Positions 12,620 through 25,740 of a DNA stretch of 64,000 bases are shown in pieces. The translations under genes were made by a program, and so were the position numbers. The notes beneath the pieces are model-generated. The model had not been told where the DNA came from and searched no databases. It saw only the letters and a program-made list of their open reading frames with translations. Source of the DNA: Botryllus schlosseri (Eukaryota); NCBI GenBank assembly GCA_051294905.1, contig CM119371.1:22074001-22138000 (forward strand), written 5' to 3'. Every line of letters begins with the position of its first letter. Position 1 is the stretch's first letter.

Positions 12620-14738
12620 TGTTCTCATGCGCTTTCAAGTTACTGAGCCTCGTAAACGCTTTTCCGAATATCTGACATGTATAGTTTTCAACTCCGGTAT
12701 GTGCATTCACATGTCTTTTTTCATGTCACTATGCCGGGTAAACGCTTTTCGACAGACCTGCTACTGGTAATTTTAGACTCCAGTATGAGTATTTCCATGT
12801 GTTTTCAAGTGACCAAGCCGGCTAAATACTTTTCCGCAGGTCTGACATGCATATTTTTTGACTCCGGTATGTATATGCCCATGTGTTTTCAAGTACCTGA
12901 GCTGACTTAAAGCTTTCCCTCATATCTGACATGCATAGTTTTTGACGCCAGTATGTGTATTTCCATGTCTTCTCAAGTCACCAAGCTGGGTAAACGCTTT
13001 CGCACAGATCTGACACTCATAGTTTTCAACACCAGCATGCTTATGTCTGTGCCTTTCTAAGTCACTAATACCAGTGACTGCTTTTCCGCAGATCTGACAT
13101 GTGTAGTTTATGGCTCCAATATGTGTATTTATGTGTCTTTTCAAGTGACCAAGCTGGGTAAAAGCTTTTCCGCAGATCTCACATGCCATGTTTCTCACTC
13201 CAATATGTGTATTTCCACGTCTTTTCCAGCTACCAAGATGACTAAAAGCTTTTCCGCAGATCTGACAATCATAGTTTCTGACTCTGGTATGTGTATTACC
13301 ATGTACTTTCAAGTTACTGAGCCATTTAAACTCTTTTCCGCAGATCTGACATACATAGTTTATGACTCCGGTATGCGTATTTCCATGTGTTTTCATGTCA
13401 TCAAGCCGGGTAAACGCTCTCCCGCAAATCTGACATTCATAGTCTTTGACTCCGGTATGTGTATTCTCATGTGTTTTCAAGTTACCAGGCTGACTAAACG
13501 CTTTTCCGCATATCTCGCACTCATAGTTTTTGACTCCAGTATGTATATATCCGTGTGTTTTCAACTCCCCAAGCTGCACAAATGATTTAGCACAGATTTG
13601 ACAATTATAGTTTTTCACTCCAGTATGTGCATTCCAATGTCTTTTCAAGTCACCAAGCTGGGCAAATGCTTTTCCACAGATCTGACATACATATTGTTTG
13701 ACTCCAACATGTGTATGTCCATGTCTTTTCAAGTTGCCAGCATGGGTAAATGCTTTTCCGCAGATCTGACATTCATAGTTTTTGAGTCCAGTATGTGCAT
13801 GACCACGTGTTTTCAAGTTACCGAGATGATTGAATGATTTTCCACAAATCTGACATACATAGTTTTGGACTCCAGCATGTGTGTGACCATGTCTTTTCAA
13901 GCTATCAGGATGATTGAATGATTTTCCACAGATCTGGCACTCATAGTTTTTGATTCCTGTATGTGTATGAAAATGTATTTTCAAGGTACTTAATGACTGA
14001 ATGATTTTCCACAGATCTGACACTCGTGGATTTTGACTCCAGTATGTGCATGACCATGTGCTTTTAAATTACCGAGATGACTGAACCATTTTCCACATAT
14101 CTGACACTCATAGTTTTTGACTCCCATATGTGTATTTCCATGTCTGTTCAAGTTACCAAGCTGGGTGAACGGTTTATCACATATCCGACACTTATATACT
14201 TGGATTCGTCTATGTGCATTCTCGTGTGTTTTCAAGTCACTTGGATGATTAAAAGTTTTCGCACAAATCTCACATTTATAGTTTTTGACTCCGGTATGTG
14301 TATTCATATGTGTTTTCAAGTCACCAACTAGACTAAACGTTTTTCCACAGATCTCACATTCATGGTTCCTCGGTGTAGTGTCTTTTTGTGTGTTTTTGAG
14401 TCATTGAATCGCATAAACGATATTCCACAGATCTGGCGCTCATGGTCTTTGAGTCCAGTGTGAGTTATAGTGTGTTTCGCTAAATATGTCATCCTAGCGA
14501 AGGACATCCCACACATCTCACATTTATAATATTTTCCTTCAGTGCATGTGTCCCTGTTTCTATTCAAGTTGCCGCTTTTCAATCCAGTTGATGATAGTTT
14601 ATGTTCTTTCAGTGTATATAATGCAGCAAAAGCTTTCCCGCAGATATCACATTCGGTACTTTTATCTTTAGGGTGAAATCGCAGGTGAGTTTTCATTTCG
14701 TCATGATTGCGGAAGCTCTTTCCACTGATCGAGCACAT
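12620..14738 (-). pseudogene. Long C2H2 ZNF pseudogene (type B), more than 20 finger units
   Basis: Three consecutive ORFs (14328..14780, 13990..14319, 12920..14023) are joined by frameshifts, with a stop at 12920 and further fingers to about 12620. An 8-nt deletion removes the MTE start present in the paralogue at 37632. Confidence 0.85.
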
Positions 14739-15046
14739 CTTCTCTTCTGGATTATCTGAAACTATTTCTTCAAGAATCACACATCAACAGTTCTCTGCTT
14801 GAAATCGAACATTCAACGATAGCTTGGAATGAGCTATAGCATTTAAATTCTTGTATTGTAGCAACCCAGTCTGTAACACAGAAAATAACTTAGCAATATC
14901 GGATCAGTTTCAAAACGTACATAGTTTAGCAGATGCAAGAAAATCAAACACACAGCAAATGTCTAGCAATATAGTTAAATTTTTAGACCTCGTAGAGATC
15001 GATAAGCAGACAATTCCCGCAGTCGTACATTAGACAAGTCATTCCT

Positions 15047-15200
15047 GACCGACAAGATAGCGTATTGCTGAAGCGTCCGGCTGCTTGATCGGTAGATCGT
15101 GTGTTCAAACCCCACCCGGGTTAGACCAGAGAACTGATTAATACCACAGGCGTCCAGGACTTCCCTGCCTGGCGATCATGAATTAGGGGGATAGCATGGA
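15047..15200 (+). mobile_element. tRNA-derived SINE, possibly Meta-domain type
   Basis: Degenerate A box (TAGCGTATTGC) and B box (GTTCAAACCC), followed by CCGGGTTAGACCAGAG...CTTCCCTGCCTGGCG. Paralogues lie at about 37937-38090 and 47113-48640 (split by an insertion). Confidence 0.55.
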
Positions 15201-16349
15201 GGGTGATGCAAGACTTAGCAAGTTCTACAAGGCTATATCTGTAACTCCTCTGCCTACTAGTGGCATATGCATATCATGCACTCATGGTATGCATAGGCAC
15301 AGATCGTCTGTATGTATATAATGATTCAGCGTATATGCCGCAAAAACATTAACGACAAGAATAAACTATGTCCTTTTCCTTAACATGTCCTTTCATGAAC
15401 TATTTTAGATAAAAGGGCCACTTTGTTCTTGACCATCATGCAAACTTCATATCGCATTTGACAGGTTAGACTTGTCCGATGTATAGTCCTACATATCTTG
15501 AAGCTACAGTATCTACTCTATAATAGAAAATCAATTATCTTGGACTGATAAGCAATTATCAGCATCAATAGTTGGCATAAATTCTAAGATGAGAATGGAT
15601 GTTCAAGTCCCTAATTCTCTAGATGCAGGACTGTCTGGACTCTACCGCTACCGCGGTGGATATACACCTGTTTGGACACTTAAGGCCGTATCAGACGAGG
15701 CGATGTCGGCGATGCGTTAGTGTTTGTTTTATCATTTCTGCCATCGGCGTAATCGCCACCGATTTTATTTGGCAGTATCAATTAACTCGGCGCCATCGCC
15801 GGCGATGAGAGAAGTGGAAGATGCGCTTATGCATATCCATTTATAAACCAGTGCCGAGACTCGAATAGCGTCACTTTTGCTCAAGCCGTTTGGCGGACGG
15901 GTCTTCTGGCAAGGCATTGCGAAACGAATTACTGCGATGTAGTACTAAATTATTGAGCTGCTTAACTTACCCAGTATAGGCTATCGGATGCACCCACCAC
16001 CTTCGAGTTGCACCAGCACGCGCACATTCTTCAGCAGCTATCATGGCAGTCAAAACTCGTGCTGCTTTCAATTTATTTCACCTAACATTACAAATACCAT
16101 GCTACCATGGTTCCGAGATGGTTTCATTCGACAAGACATTGTAGCATGACCACATTGGACAGGCATTATAACCATCGGCATCGCCTCGTCTGATATGGCC
16201 TTAAGAGACATGTCTCAGCTACTGCAGGAATAATGATACCGGCCGGCATGAAAATTTTTGAAAAACCTGCGGCAATTTTGAGAAGTAAGATGAGAATAAG
16301 GATCCATATTTTATCAACAAAAGAGCCATATGTGCCTTGCGAGCCATAG

Positions 16350-16477
16350 GTTCCCGACCACTGCGACAAATTCTTTCCCACAGGTCCGAAATTCTGCTTT
16401 TCTCTGTTTTATGTGGAATCGAAGTCGAATTTTAATTCCGCCATTACTATTGAAGCTTTTCAACAAATTGAATACAT
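16350..16477 (-). pseudogene. Relic of ZNF N-terminal finger pair (type D-like)
   Basis: Translates with a stop/frameshift to MYSIC..FNSNGGIKIRLRFHIKQRKAEFRTCGKEFVAVVG, compared with CSICGRIFDRYGGMKSHLRFHIDEKKAECEICGKAFTSIVG in the 8335 gene. Confidence 0.7.
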
Positions 16478-18500
16478 CTTAACAAAACATCACTTTCCAA
16501 TCATGCCCGAATGTATAGTGATGATTTTCCACGCGTTAACATCTTGAGAAAGGCCTGTGATAGAGTTTTGATTTACAGACGGCCGATAAGTATTACAACT
16601 TTGCCAAAATGTTCCATAGCGCCCAGCACACTTCTTCCGATAGGGAATTGTATGTAGCCCGCAACTTTGATCAAATTAAAGTAACAGTGCATGACGATTT
16701 TAATCATTATACACCTCCATACTGTCAGATTGTCACTGAAGATTAGTGATCAGTTCTCAGTACAATAATTCATCACGTTTTGCGCAAAATACCATGATTT
16801 GCCAAAACATGTTGGCTAGGGACAGACCTACCAAAAGTGAGTTTATGTATAGCCTGCAGCTATAATCGACCAACCCCCCCCCCCCAGCATTCCCAGAAAC
16901 ATCGGTAGCTCTGGGTAGTTCAATTGACATATTGATATGCCTAATGATTATTCATATCACGATTTACCTCAGTTTGTCTCTTAAGTAAACAGGTTCAGGA
17001 GTTTTTCGCTGCAGCTTCAAGGGTTCATCAAACCAAACAAGTTTAAAGAGCACTGTAGTGCAGTGTTGTAGCACTATGATTTACATGTGATCTGAATGAA
17101 ACAAAATCTTATAAAGGAACGAAATTGTTGACAAGACGCACCGAGTGTATGACAGAAATACACACAGAATTCATCATAATCAATCGATTTCAAAGCGAAA
17201 CAGAATAAAAATGATATGTGCTGATGCTAACTGTTTATCATCACATCAACACAGTGGATAGCGGTCAATGATGTGCTTATCTCCTGTATCACAAATCATA
17301 TGGGGATCCATTTCACGTCGTGTTTGTAAGGATGCTGGATGCTGCATACTGCAGGAAATAGGAGATACTACTAGCGTGTAAAGCTGGCAAAACATCATAT
17401 CAGATTATATATATCAGATCTTGCTATTGTAGCGCTTTGATCTACCATTAATTTGAACAAATTGAAATCTCATGAAGGGGCGAAAATGTAGAGGTAATGG
17501 ATGGCATAAAAGACATATTTACCAAAGGGCTACAACAATATAACTTGAAACGAAATGGAAAATGATACGCGCAGACTGCTGATAACCAAAGAATATGATA
17601 GAGGATAATGCACGTGCAGCTTAAAATTCGAGTGAAATAAACTATATTTTAGCTCATCACACTGTGATATAAGGATATCCACATCAAACTGCTCTTATTA
17701 ACAGACCCAACGTGATTATTGAAACTGGTTCATGCAGTGGAAACCAAATTTTTCAGGTACTAATCATAGGATATAATTGAAATATGGAAACAAGAAAACC
17801 ATTTTCACAATTAGGAGAAAAAACAAAGTACACTGAAATTTTTTTTGATATGTGGAAGAGGCTTAATGACACAAAGACACAAGCACATCACTATTTCTAC
17901 AATCTCAGTCTCGGAATTAAGCAGCCTGTATGGTGATTCAAACATATATTCGCTATTTACTTATAAAGATTTGATCACAGTACTTGATCATAGTGATATG
18001 GTGGCAGAGTGAATGGAGGACTCATTCGAGTAACAGCATATTTTAATATAGGGTGTTTCTGGCTATGGTACTGTGTCATGTCCCAGATCATTATCACAAG
18101 ATGAAATAGATTTGCGTTTTGCTAGTGCTTTGCTCATTTTTGTCCTAAATTTATGTATCAGCAGTAATGCAAACACTGTTATGCAAAAACAGTTCTTTAG
18201 CTGGACAACACAAACGATTCAAAGATTTTGAATACAAAAAGCTAACGATGTTATAGGACTAAAAAATTCCGGGACACTGGATCATTCTGGTGTTCGCGAA
18301 AATGTGCTTTTAAACTGGAGTGACTTTCTAGAGATATCCCACGATAAATTGTCATCTCCGGCAATAATATTTACACATACTCCTAAAATACTAGTAGGTA
18401 AACGCTTGTCCAAGGGTCCAACTCGAAGAGTTTCTGACTCCAGTATGTATATTCTCGTGTCTTTTCAGGTGTTCCATCAAAGCAAATGCTCTTTCGCAGA

Positions 18501-19949
18501 TCAGACATGCATAGTTTTTGAATCGGTATGTGTATTTCCATGTCTTCTTAAAGAACCAAGATGAATAAAAGTTTTCCCGCAGATCTGACATTCATAGTTT
18601 TTGTGTCCAGTATGTGTATGATCATGTGATTTTATGTGACCTAATTGACTGAATGATTTTCCACAGATCTGACACTCATAGTTTTTTATTCCAGTATGTG
18701 TATGACCATGCGTTTTCAAAGTACAGAGATGACTGAATGATTTTCCACATATCTGACAATCATAGTTTTTGATTGCAGTATGTGTATGACCATGTGTTTT
18801 CAAGTTACCGAGATGATTGAATGATTTTCCGCATATCTGACAATCATAGTTTTTGACTCCAGTATGTGTATTTCCATGTCTTTTCAAGTTACTAGGATGA
18901 TTGAATGATTTTCCACAGATTGGACACTCATAGTTTTTGACTCCCGTATGCATATGACCATGTATTTTCAAGGTACTTGAATGACTGAATGATTTTCCAC
19001 ATATCTGACAATCATAGTTTTTGACTCCAGTATGTGTATGTACATGTATTTTCAAGTGGCCAAGCTTAATAAAAGCTTTTCCGCAGATCTGACATGCATA
19101 GTTTTTACGTCCAGTATGTACATTCTCATGTGTTTTCAAACTACCAAGACATCTAAACACCTTTCCGCAGATCTGACATTCATAGCTTTTGGCTCCAGTA
19201 TGTGTATTCTCATGAATTTTCAACTGACCGAGCTGACTAAACGATTTTCCACAGATCAGGCATGCAAATTGTTTGACTCCGGTATGTATATGTACATGTC
19301 TTTTCAAGTAACCAGTATGGTTAAAAGCTTTTCTGCAGATCGGACATGCATAGAGTTTGACTTCAGCATGAGTCATCTCATGTGTTTTCAAGTTACTGCG
19401 TCGAATAAACGCTTTTCCACAGATCAGACACTCATGTTTTTTGACTTCAAGGTGAGAGCTAATGTGTTCCGATAAATATGTCTTCCTACGGAAACACTTT
19501 CCACAAATCTCACATTCATAGTTTTTCATTCCAGTGTGAATATGCAAGTGGTGTGTTAAATGTGCCGGTCTAGAGAAGGACTTTCCACAAGTCCCACAGT
19601 CATAGCTTTTAAATCTAGTATGTGTATTCCGATGTGTATTGTAGTTACTGAGCTCAGTAAACCATCTGCCACAGATATCACATTCATGGTTTTTCACTCC
19701 AGTGTGTGTGTTCCAATGTATTTTCAATTTACTGATTCCAGTAAACGTTATGCCACAGATATCGCATTCATGGTTTTTGGAACCAGTGCGAGCTGTTCGA
19801 TGAGCTTCCAATGCAGCCATTACATTGAAGGCTTTCCCACAGCCATCAAATTCATCTTTTCTTTCTTCAATATAGGATTGGCGGTGAGTTTTCATTTCGC
19901 CATAACCATTGACCCATTTCCCACGGATCCAACAAGTCTTTCTAGACAT
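18501..19949 (-). CDS. Multi-finger C2H2 zinc-finger protein, 482 aa (15 canonical plus 2 degenerate fingers)
   Basis: Long ORF of tandem fingers. A small deletion near 18525 puts the last finger (ORF 18391..18591) out of frame. Confidence 0.85.
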   Translation of the reverse strand: MSRKTCWIRGKWVNGYGEMKTHRQSYIEERKDEFDGCGKAFNVMAALEAHRTARTGSKNHECDICGITFTGISKLKIHWNTHTGVKNHECDICGRWFTELSNYNTHRNTHTRFKSYDCGTCGKSFSRPAHLTHHLHIHTGMKNYECEICGKCFRRKTYLSEHISSHLEVKKHECLICGKAFIRRSNLKTHEMTHAEVKLYACPICRKAFNHTGYLKRHVHIHTGVKQFACLICGKSFSQLGQLKIHENTHTGAKSYECQICGKVFRCLGSLKTHENVHTGRKNYACQICGKAFIKLGHLKIHVHTHTGVKNYDCQICGKSFSHSSTLKIHGHMHTGVKNYECPICGKSFNHPSNLKRHGNTHTGVKNYDCQICGKSFNHLGNLKTHGHTHTAIKNYDCQICGKSFSHLCTLKTHGHTHTGIKNYECQICGKSFSQLGHIKSHDHTHTGHKNYECQICGKTFIHLGSLRRHGNTHTDSKTMHV

Positions 19950-20203
19950 TCTTCCAGGTTACTTCTTCAAGCATTACACATCAACAGTTCTTTGCCCAAT
20001 CACGAATATTCTACCGTTGCATTATATAAGCTATTGCATAGTATGTCCAGTCTAAAAAACAATATCATCAGAGAAAACATTGATCAATGCCGAATAAGTT
20101 TGATGATGAATAAAATACAATAAATTCCAGAACCACCAACATATCAAATATTGATAGGCGTTTCCTCGAATAGACGAAGACATTTCGGTATTGTAATGAT
20201 CTG

Positions 20204-20650
20204 TAAGTCTGGACATAATGATTCAAGTAGTCAAATCTGAATCGAGTATTAATTCAATTGATTCGAGTCGAGCAGTAAAAGACGATCTTTTCGAGTACAC
20301 AAATTATACGCGTCTCACCACTGAAAGTTGATTTATCAATGAAAATTATAATTTTGATACTAATTTTCACTGTTGAAGCCTCGAAACATTGATTGGCGGT
20401 ATCGTAGCATACAAACATATAGTACAAATCTACAAAGCTTACTACACGTACAACATTTCCGAAAAGTCATGGCTATCCCGCAACATTGTCACCAAGTGGA
20501 ATGAAATCGTTATGGGCCGAAAAATTACCAAAGCTTTGACGTATTACATTCTGTTATGTTACGGGTGACACTCAATTACTTGACTCAACTCGTAGCAGAT
20601 TATGTGATTCGAAATCGAATCACTCAGGTACTCGATTCTGCGCAGCCCAA
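20204..20650. mobile_element. Degenerate hAT-like MITE with TCGAGT-type subterminal repeats
   Basis: Absent from the paralogous region near 50800. Flanked by ATGATCTG/ATGATCAG, with degenerate inverted ends. Confidence 0.5.
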
Positions 20651-20867
20651 ATGATCAGTGACCGGACAACATTCTTATGAAGTAATCAATAGACTTTCCC
20701 CTGCGCTGCAGTTGTGGACAATCAAAAATACCGGAACAGTGAGACCTTGGAGGGATCTTGTGGCTTGGCAAAAATAAATAAAATTTTCAGAATAGATCTT
20801 CGATGACCAAATTTTCATTTCTGTACCTGTTGGAAGTTGCCGATGCATATGCTGATACGATGGTCAT

Positions 20868-21060
20868 TAGGGTTGTACAAAATTTGGAAAATGATCCATT
20901 GTAATGTCTCATTCTATAGATTATGATTAAAAAAGAAGCCTGCAATAAGCTCACAGGAAACTTGTTAAGATTGAGGAATGCGTTTTAAAGTAGCTGAAAA
21001 GTGGGCATGTGACTGACCATAGAGCCGTGAGAAGACTAGTAATCACGAAACCTCAGTTCC
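20868..21060. mobile_element. Old diverged hATm-like terminal repeat
   Basis: TAGGGTTGTACAAAATTTG...TTGTAATGTCTCATTCTATAGATTATGATTAAAA...AAAGTAGC aligns by eye with the TIR of the 22343 element. Confidence 0.75.
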
Positions 21061-21340
21061 TACAATGTCATTCTGTTTTGCGATGTCACTGTCGAACAAT
21101 CATGACATAACCATTGCTAATCATTATAGAATTACCGGCATTGTCTCTAAACGATAGTAGATTGATAGCAGCCAAAGCCTGCGAGGCTGGCGACACGATA
21201 GTTCAGGCCAGCAACACGATATCTTGCGCACGAGGCCTGATACAGATGAAATTGATCAGGCAAATGGTTATGTTGTGCGCACCAGGCCTGATGGAGATGC
21301 GACTGTTTACACAAGCGATCAGATCTTGCGCATTTTTATG
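21060..21340 (+). repeat. Dispersed repeat with about 50-bp AGGCC..GCGAT subunits
   Basis: Copies at about 51530-51960 (+), 58080-58260 (-) and 62920-63210 (+). More diverged versions at about 22000-22120 and 26165-26360. Confidence 0.75.
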
Positions 21341-23045
21341 ATCAGATCATATTTTCCTAACCGTTTTTCTGTGTGTCTCTCTTATTGGCTATTGGCTTGG
21401 CAAATCAGGCTGAGTAGCACACCAGGCAGGCGCGTAGCCAGCCGAAAAATACGGAAGGGGTTTTAAAATAGAAGGGCGGGGTTTCGATGTTTTGCGAATT
21501 TACTTAATATAGCGTCAATTCATTAGGGTTAAGTACATGCGTAAATGACGATTATACATTATACAATCTCCTCGTGTTCGCGATTATACGCGTTTGATAA
21601 GCTTGTCGACGAGTCCGGAAGTACTGTTAATTAGCGACTCCCTGATCTGCCGTCAACAATTAAATACCTGCGCTTATCAAAGCGTCGAACAATTAAATAC
21701 GCGCGCTCATCAACGCAGCCTCGACGACTATTTGCGCAAGTCGAAATGTCCGAGTTTTTTGGGAATATGTGCCATAATGACGCCGATTTCAGGTGCTTCA
21801 AACCTGTCCTATTTTATAACTCAAGTCGATACACATATTCTGATGGTTATGTTTAAATACTAGCGGAGATATATTACGCACGCGTCGCACATGTTTACGG
21901 AAATTCGATGTTTTTCAGTTTCGCGATGTCACTCTTTAATCACAATCGCTAATCAGCATACAATCAACGGCATGGTCTCCAAGCCATCGAGAGATAGGAG
22001 CCAAACCATGCTAGGCCCGAGACGCGATAGTTAGGCTAGCGATGATCTATTGATATATCGTTCGTATTAGGCCTATTGTAGATGCGATTGTGTAGGCCAA
22101 CCAATGATATCGTGCGCTTACCAATGCGTCGAACAACTAAATACACGCGCTTAGCAATGCGTCTTAAGTCTTACATAGCCTCTGCGACGATTTGCGCAAT
22201 TCAAAATGTACGAGTTTTTATGGAATACGGGCTATAATGACGCCGATTTCAGGTGGTTCAAACCTTACCTCTTTGTAGCCTTGACACACAGCTGTTGATG
22301 GTTATGTTCAAGTATTAACGGAAATCAATTACGCATGTACGTTAGGGTTGTCCAAAATTTGAAAAATTTCGAAAATGCTGCGTTGTAATGTCTTATTCTA
22401 TAGATTATTGATTAAAAACATCAACAAGCCTGAAAGAAGCTCTCAGGAACGTCGTTAAGATTTCTTACAAAGCGTTTGAAAGTAGCCGTCTGCATGTGGG
22501 CGGGGAATCGATGAAGTGGGCGGGCAATCACGAACCTAGAATTTTGATTGGTTGGAACCTGTAATAATAAGCTACTGATTGGCTGAAATACTGATTTTGT
22601 GATCATTGCTGGTCACGATTTCGTTCTACTCTGTTGTGTTGGTTTGCAGCCATTTCTGTTCGTGGCATTGGCGATATGGTAAATTGACGTTGTTAATGCT
22701 GCCATCGACAACAGCATAACGATCCAGTAATATATTTTCTACCTGAACACTGTGTATAACAGTTTTGTTACTTTTTGCACAGGAGCTTGGCCAATTAAGA
22801 TAAGAATGAACTAGATGCATGCATCGTGCTACCTTCGAGCCTTCTAAAACATACCAGTTGACAACGACTGTAACTCATAAATTGCAAACCAGTAGTCAAT
22901 TTCTCCTTATGGCTTGTTATGGTAAGTCGACGTCTCTCTCTAAAACGAACGCATATTACACTTTTTATTCAAGATTTAACAAAGGCAAAAATGCTATTTA
23001 CAAAAGGCATCATTAAAAAGTATATCGCAGGGTCAGTGTTGCAGA

Positions 23046-25360
23046 TCACTGGCCTTTGATAAGAGTAGACTTCCTGCTGTCTCCAAAAATCTTCCTATGC
23101 TGTTCCACAGCTTGAAGCAAACTGTCTCTTTGCTGTTCATTGTCAGTCAAGATTGCAGCATAGTCTGTGCTTAGCTTGACACCTCTTTCTGCGGCATCAT
23201 TAACGACTTTGACAGAACTAACGTAGCAATTCATTTTATTGAATGAATCTGAAAAGTGCCAATCATCAACCGGTTGACGCAGCCAATCCCCAGAGCATTC
23301 AAAAACTTCAAATATGTACCACGACTGGGGCCCAATAAGGTCAGACAACGTACTGTCCTTGTTGATCTGTATAGTTGCATTCAATGAGGGTGGGCCCCTT
23401 CTGAAACTGGAAGTTCGCTCTACTTGCAGGAGCGCCTTTGCCATATTTTCCCGGGTTTCCTTGCTTTCCGTCGGTGAAAACAAGGCGTATACAGCGGTTT
23501 CCTCAACAATATACCAGTCGTGCTTCAAAAGCTTTCGTGAAGCAGCTGTGGAAACTTGCTCATCATATTCCTTATAACTCAACATGTGCTGAACGAATCT
23601 CAAGTCATTACCAGCTGCATCACGACCAATGCTTGAATCCACCCACGCAGGGATATAAAAGAGAACCAAAAATAAATTGAAGCGGCGCAGCAGTTCAACT
23701 TCTTCAGATTTGTAATCTAATTGGTCGGCCCACATGAACATCTTTTGAGCATACAGAATTGTACCCATCCATCTCGCATGGTGTGCTGCACCAGGTTTGT
23801 GATGACGTATATCTTCATCTGCACCGAGAAGAGCAAGAGCATTAGTCACACATTGCTTGTAGTCATCCCGTGTGAAAAAATCTTTTCTGTTCAACAGTAG
23901 CTTGAACTTATCAACTATCATTGCAGCTCGTTCAGCAAAACATAGAGGAATAGTCAGAGTCTTGAATTGCTGTTCCCTGTCAAGACTGCTCCAGTTCCTT
24001 TTAAGGTGGGCAAACCATGCATTCTCTGGTCCAGTTGTGGCCTTTCCAAATAAAGATTTCCAAACGTCTTTCACTACCAGCTCATACACATGGTGCCGAC
24101 ATGCATGGTAGAACACCTTCCTTCCTAGAAGGTCTTCAAGAATCTTTGCCGCACCCTTCTTCCAGCCGCTGTTGCTTGCTGTAGTGTCAAAAACCAAAGC
24201 TGGTACAGCATCTTTTATATTCCAACTTTCAATTATGTTGAAAGTGGTTTCTGCTTGCGTCTGACCTGCAGCATTTTGCATCTTTTGAATGCCAAGTAGT
24301 TTTCCTTCTGAGTATTGAGGATGACAAGATAGGACAATTGACAGAGCCTCATACCGATTTCCTAATCTATCCTCTGTGAGCTTTCCATCCCAATGAATAG
24401 CAACATGTTGAGGTTTATTTTCTGCAAATTTTTCTGAAATATCCTTGGAAATTTCAAGACGATTTGTTTCCCTGGCTCTCTTTGTCGAAGATCTTGACAG
24501 AGAGAACATTGCTATGTCACCGCCACAAGCCGTAATAAATGTGTTGCCTTGTTGTCTGTTATTTGCAATCGATCCAGAGCTTGGGACACATGGGTATTAT
24601 TCATAATATTTTTAGGTGCCATCAGCTTAATGGCTGTCGAGGTGCCAAGACCAACATCAGCATCATAATCAGAACTTGAACTCAAACTATCACCCTCTTT
24701 TGAAGATGAAGAAGATGCTAAAACAACATAGTCATCACTTGAGTCATGTTGAATGTTTTTAACAGTTCTATCCGCCATGGTTGCTGTTTTCTTTTCGATG
24801 TCTTTAGCGAGAATCTTGTCTCTTCCCAACATTATGCATTTGCGAGATTGCTGTTGATCTTCATAGAATGCAATGTCTTCGAGCTTTCTATCGTGTGATA
24901 GATAAATGTCATTTTGTATTATTGCTATCGCATCTGTACTTCCAATATCCCACAACTTGTCCAAATCTTCCGTGAATTTTTTCCTCTTACCCTTGGGATC
25001 ACTTTCCCGTTTCATGGTCGCCTTCAGAAAAATATATTTTTTGTTCAGTTTTTCAAGTAATTTCACCGCATTTCCTTTAAGTATTGTGGCAATTCTCGCC
25101 ATTTGCCACACTGTCATGACATCATGAACCACCACATTACATAGCTCACGAGTAGGGGTTGACTGAGGGCAATGGTCTTTCAGATGCAGAAAGTAACTCA
25201 TTACTTCTCGCAAGGTTGGTAATCTCGAGCCACAGATGTAATCGCAAGCATATCCGACCAAGTAATGCTCAGATCGAGATCTTGTTCTTCTCTGTGGCAA
25301 GTGCACAGTCTTCCGCCGTTTTGCCTCTGCCATGACAGTAATATTTTTGCCTTCTATCAT
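23046..25360 (-). pseudogene. hATm-type transposase split by one frameshift (ORFs 24512..25360 and 23046..24509)
   Basis: Motifs HWDGK, FDTTASNSG, ACRHH (CxxH), HHARW and VVNDAAERG are intact. The -1 frame reads FITACGGDIAMFSLSRSS across the junction near 24540. Confidence 0.85.
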
Positions 25361-25394
25361 AAATTACAGCTACGCCTAAAACATTTAAGTAACA

Positions 25395-25740
25395 AGTGTT
25401 ACATTACGACTATTAACTCACCAACCCACAATGCCCTTGTACATAACCACAACCACTACTAACAAAATCGACCTCATCAGAACAGAAAATGCTGCTGCAA
25501 CTAAAACATTGAGCAAGGAACAAGTGTTGCATTACAACTATTGATGCATCAACCCACAATGCGCTTTACAAATTCCCGTCTCTACTAACAGACTCGACCT
25601 CCGCAAAACAGAAACTACTGCTACAACTGATACATTCGAAGAACCACTGTTACATTACTACTATTGACTCATCAAACCACAACACGCTTTTACAGTATTA
25701 CAGCCGTCACCAACAGACTCAGCAGCAGCAAAACCTACTC
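25395..25740 (+). repeat. Three diverged tandem units of about 125 bp in the hATm 5' region
   Basis: TGTT(A/G)CATTAC.ACTATT...CCACAA recurs near 25395, 25523 and 25646. Confidence 0.7.

Larger units (their letters stand above)
13894..17900 (+). repeat. Segmental duplication, copy 1 (paralogous to about 36763-42570)
   Basis: Collinear high identity across ZNF, SINE and non-coding DNA. Copy 2 carries extra insertions. Confidence 0.9.

Noticed and set aside
12620..14738. 84-bp periodic conserved/variable pattern resembling a CRISPR array
   Set aside because: The period equals a 28-aa C2H2 finger and the variable part is the recognition helix. The context is eukaryotic and there are no cas genes.
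24500..24550. Programmed -1 frameshift or intron in the hATm transposase
   Set aside because: There is no canonical X XXY YYZ slippery heptamer, and the GT..AG just before the second ORF is only about 15 nt. A small deletion is the simpler explanation.
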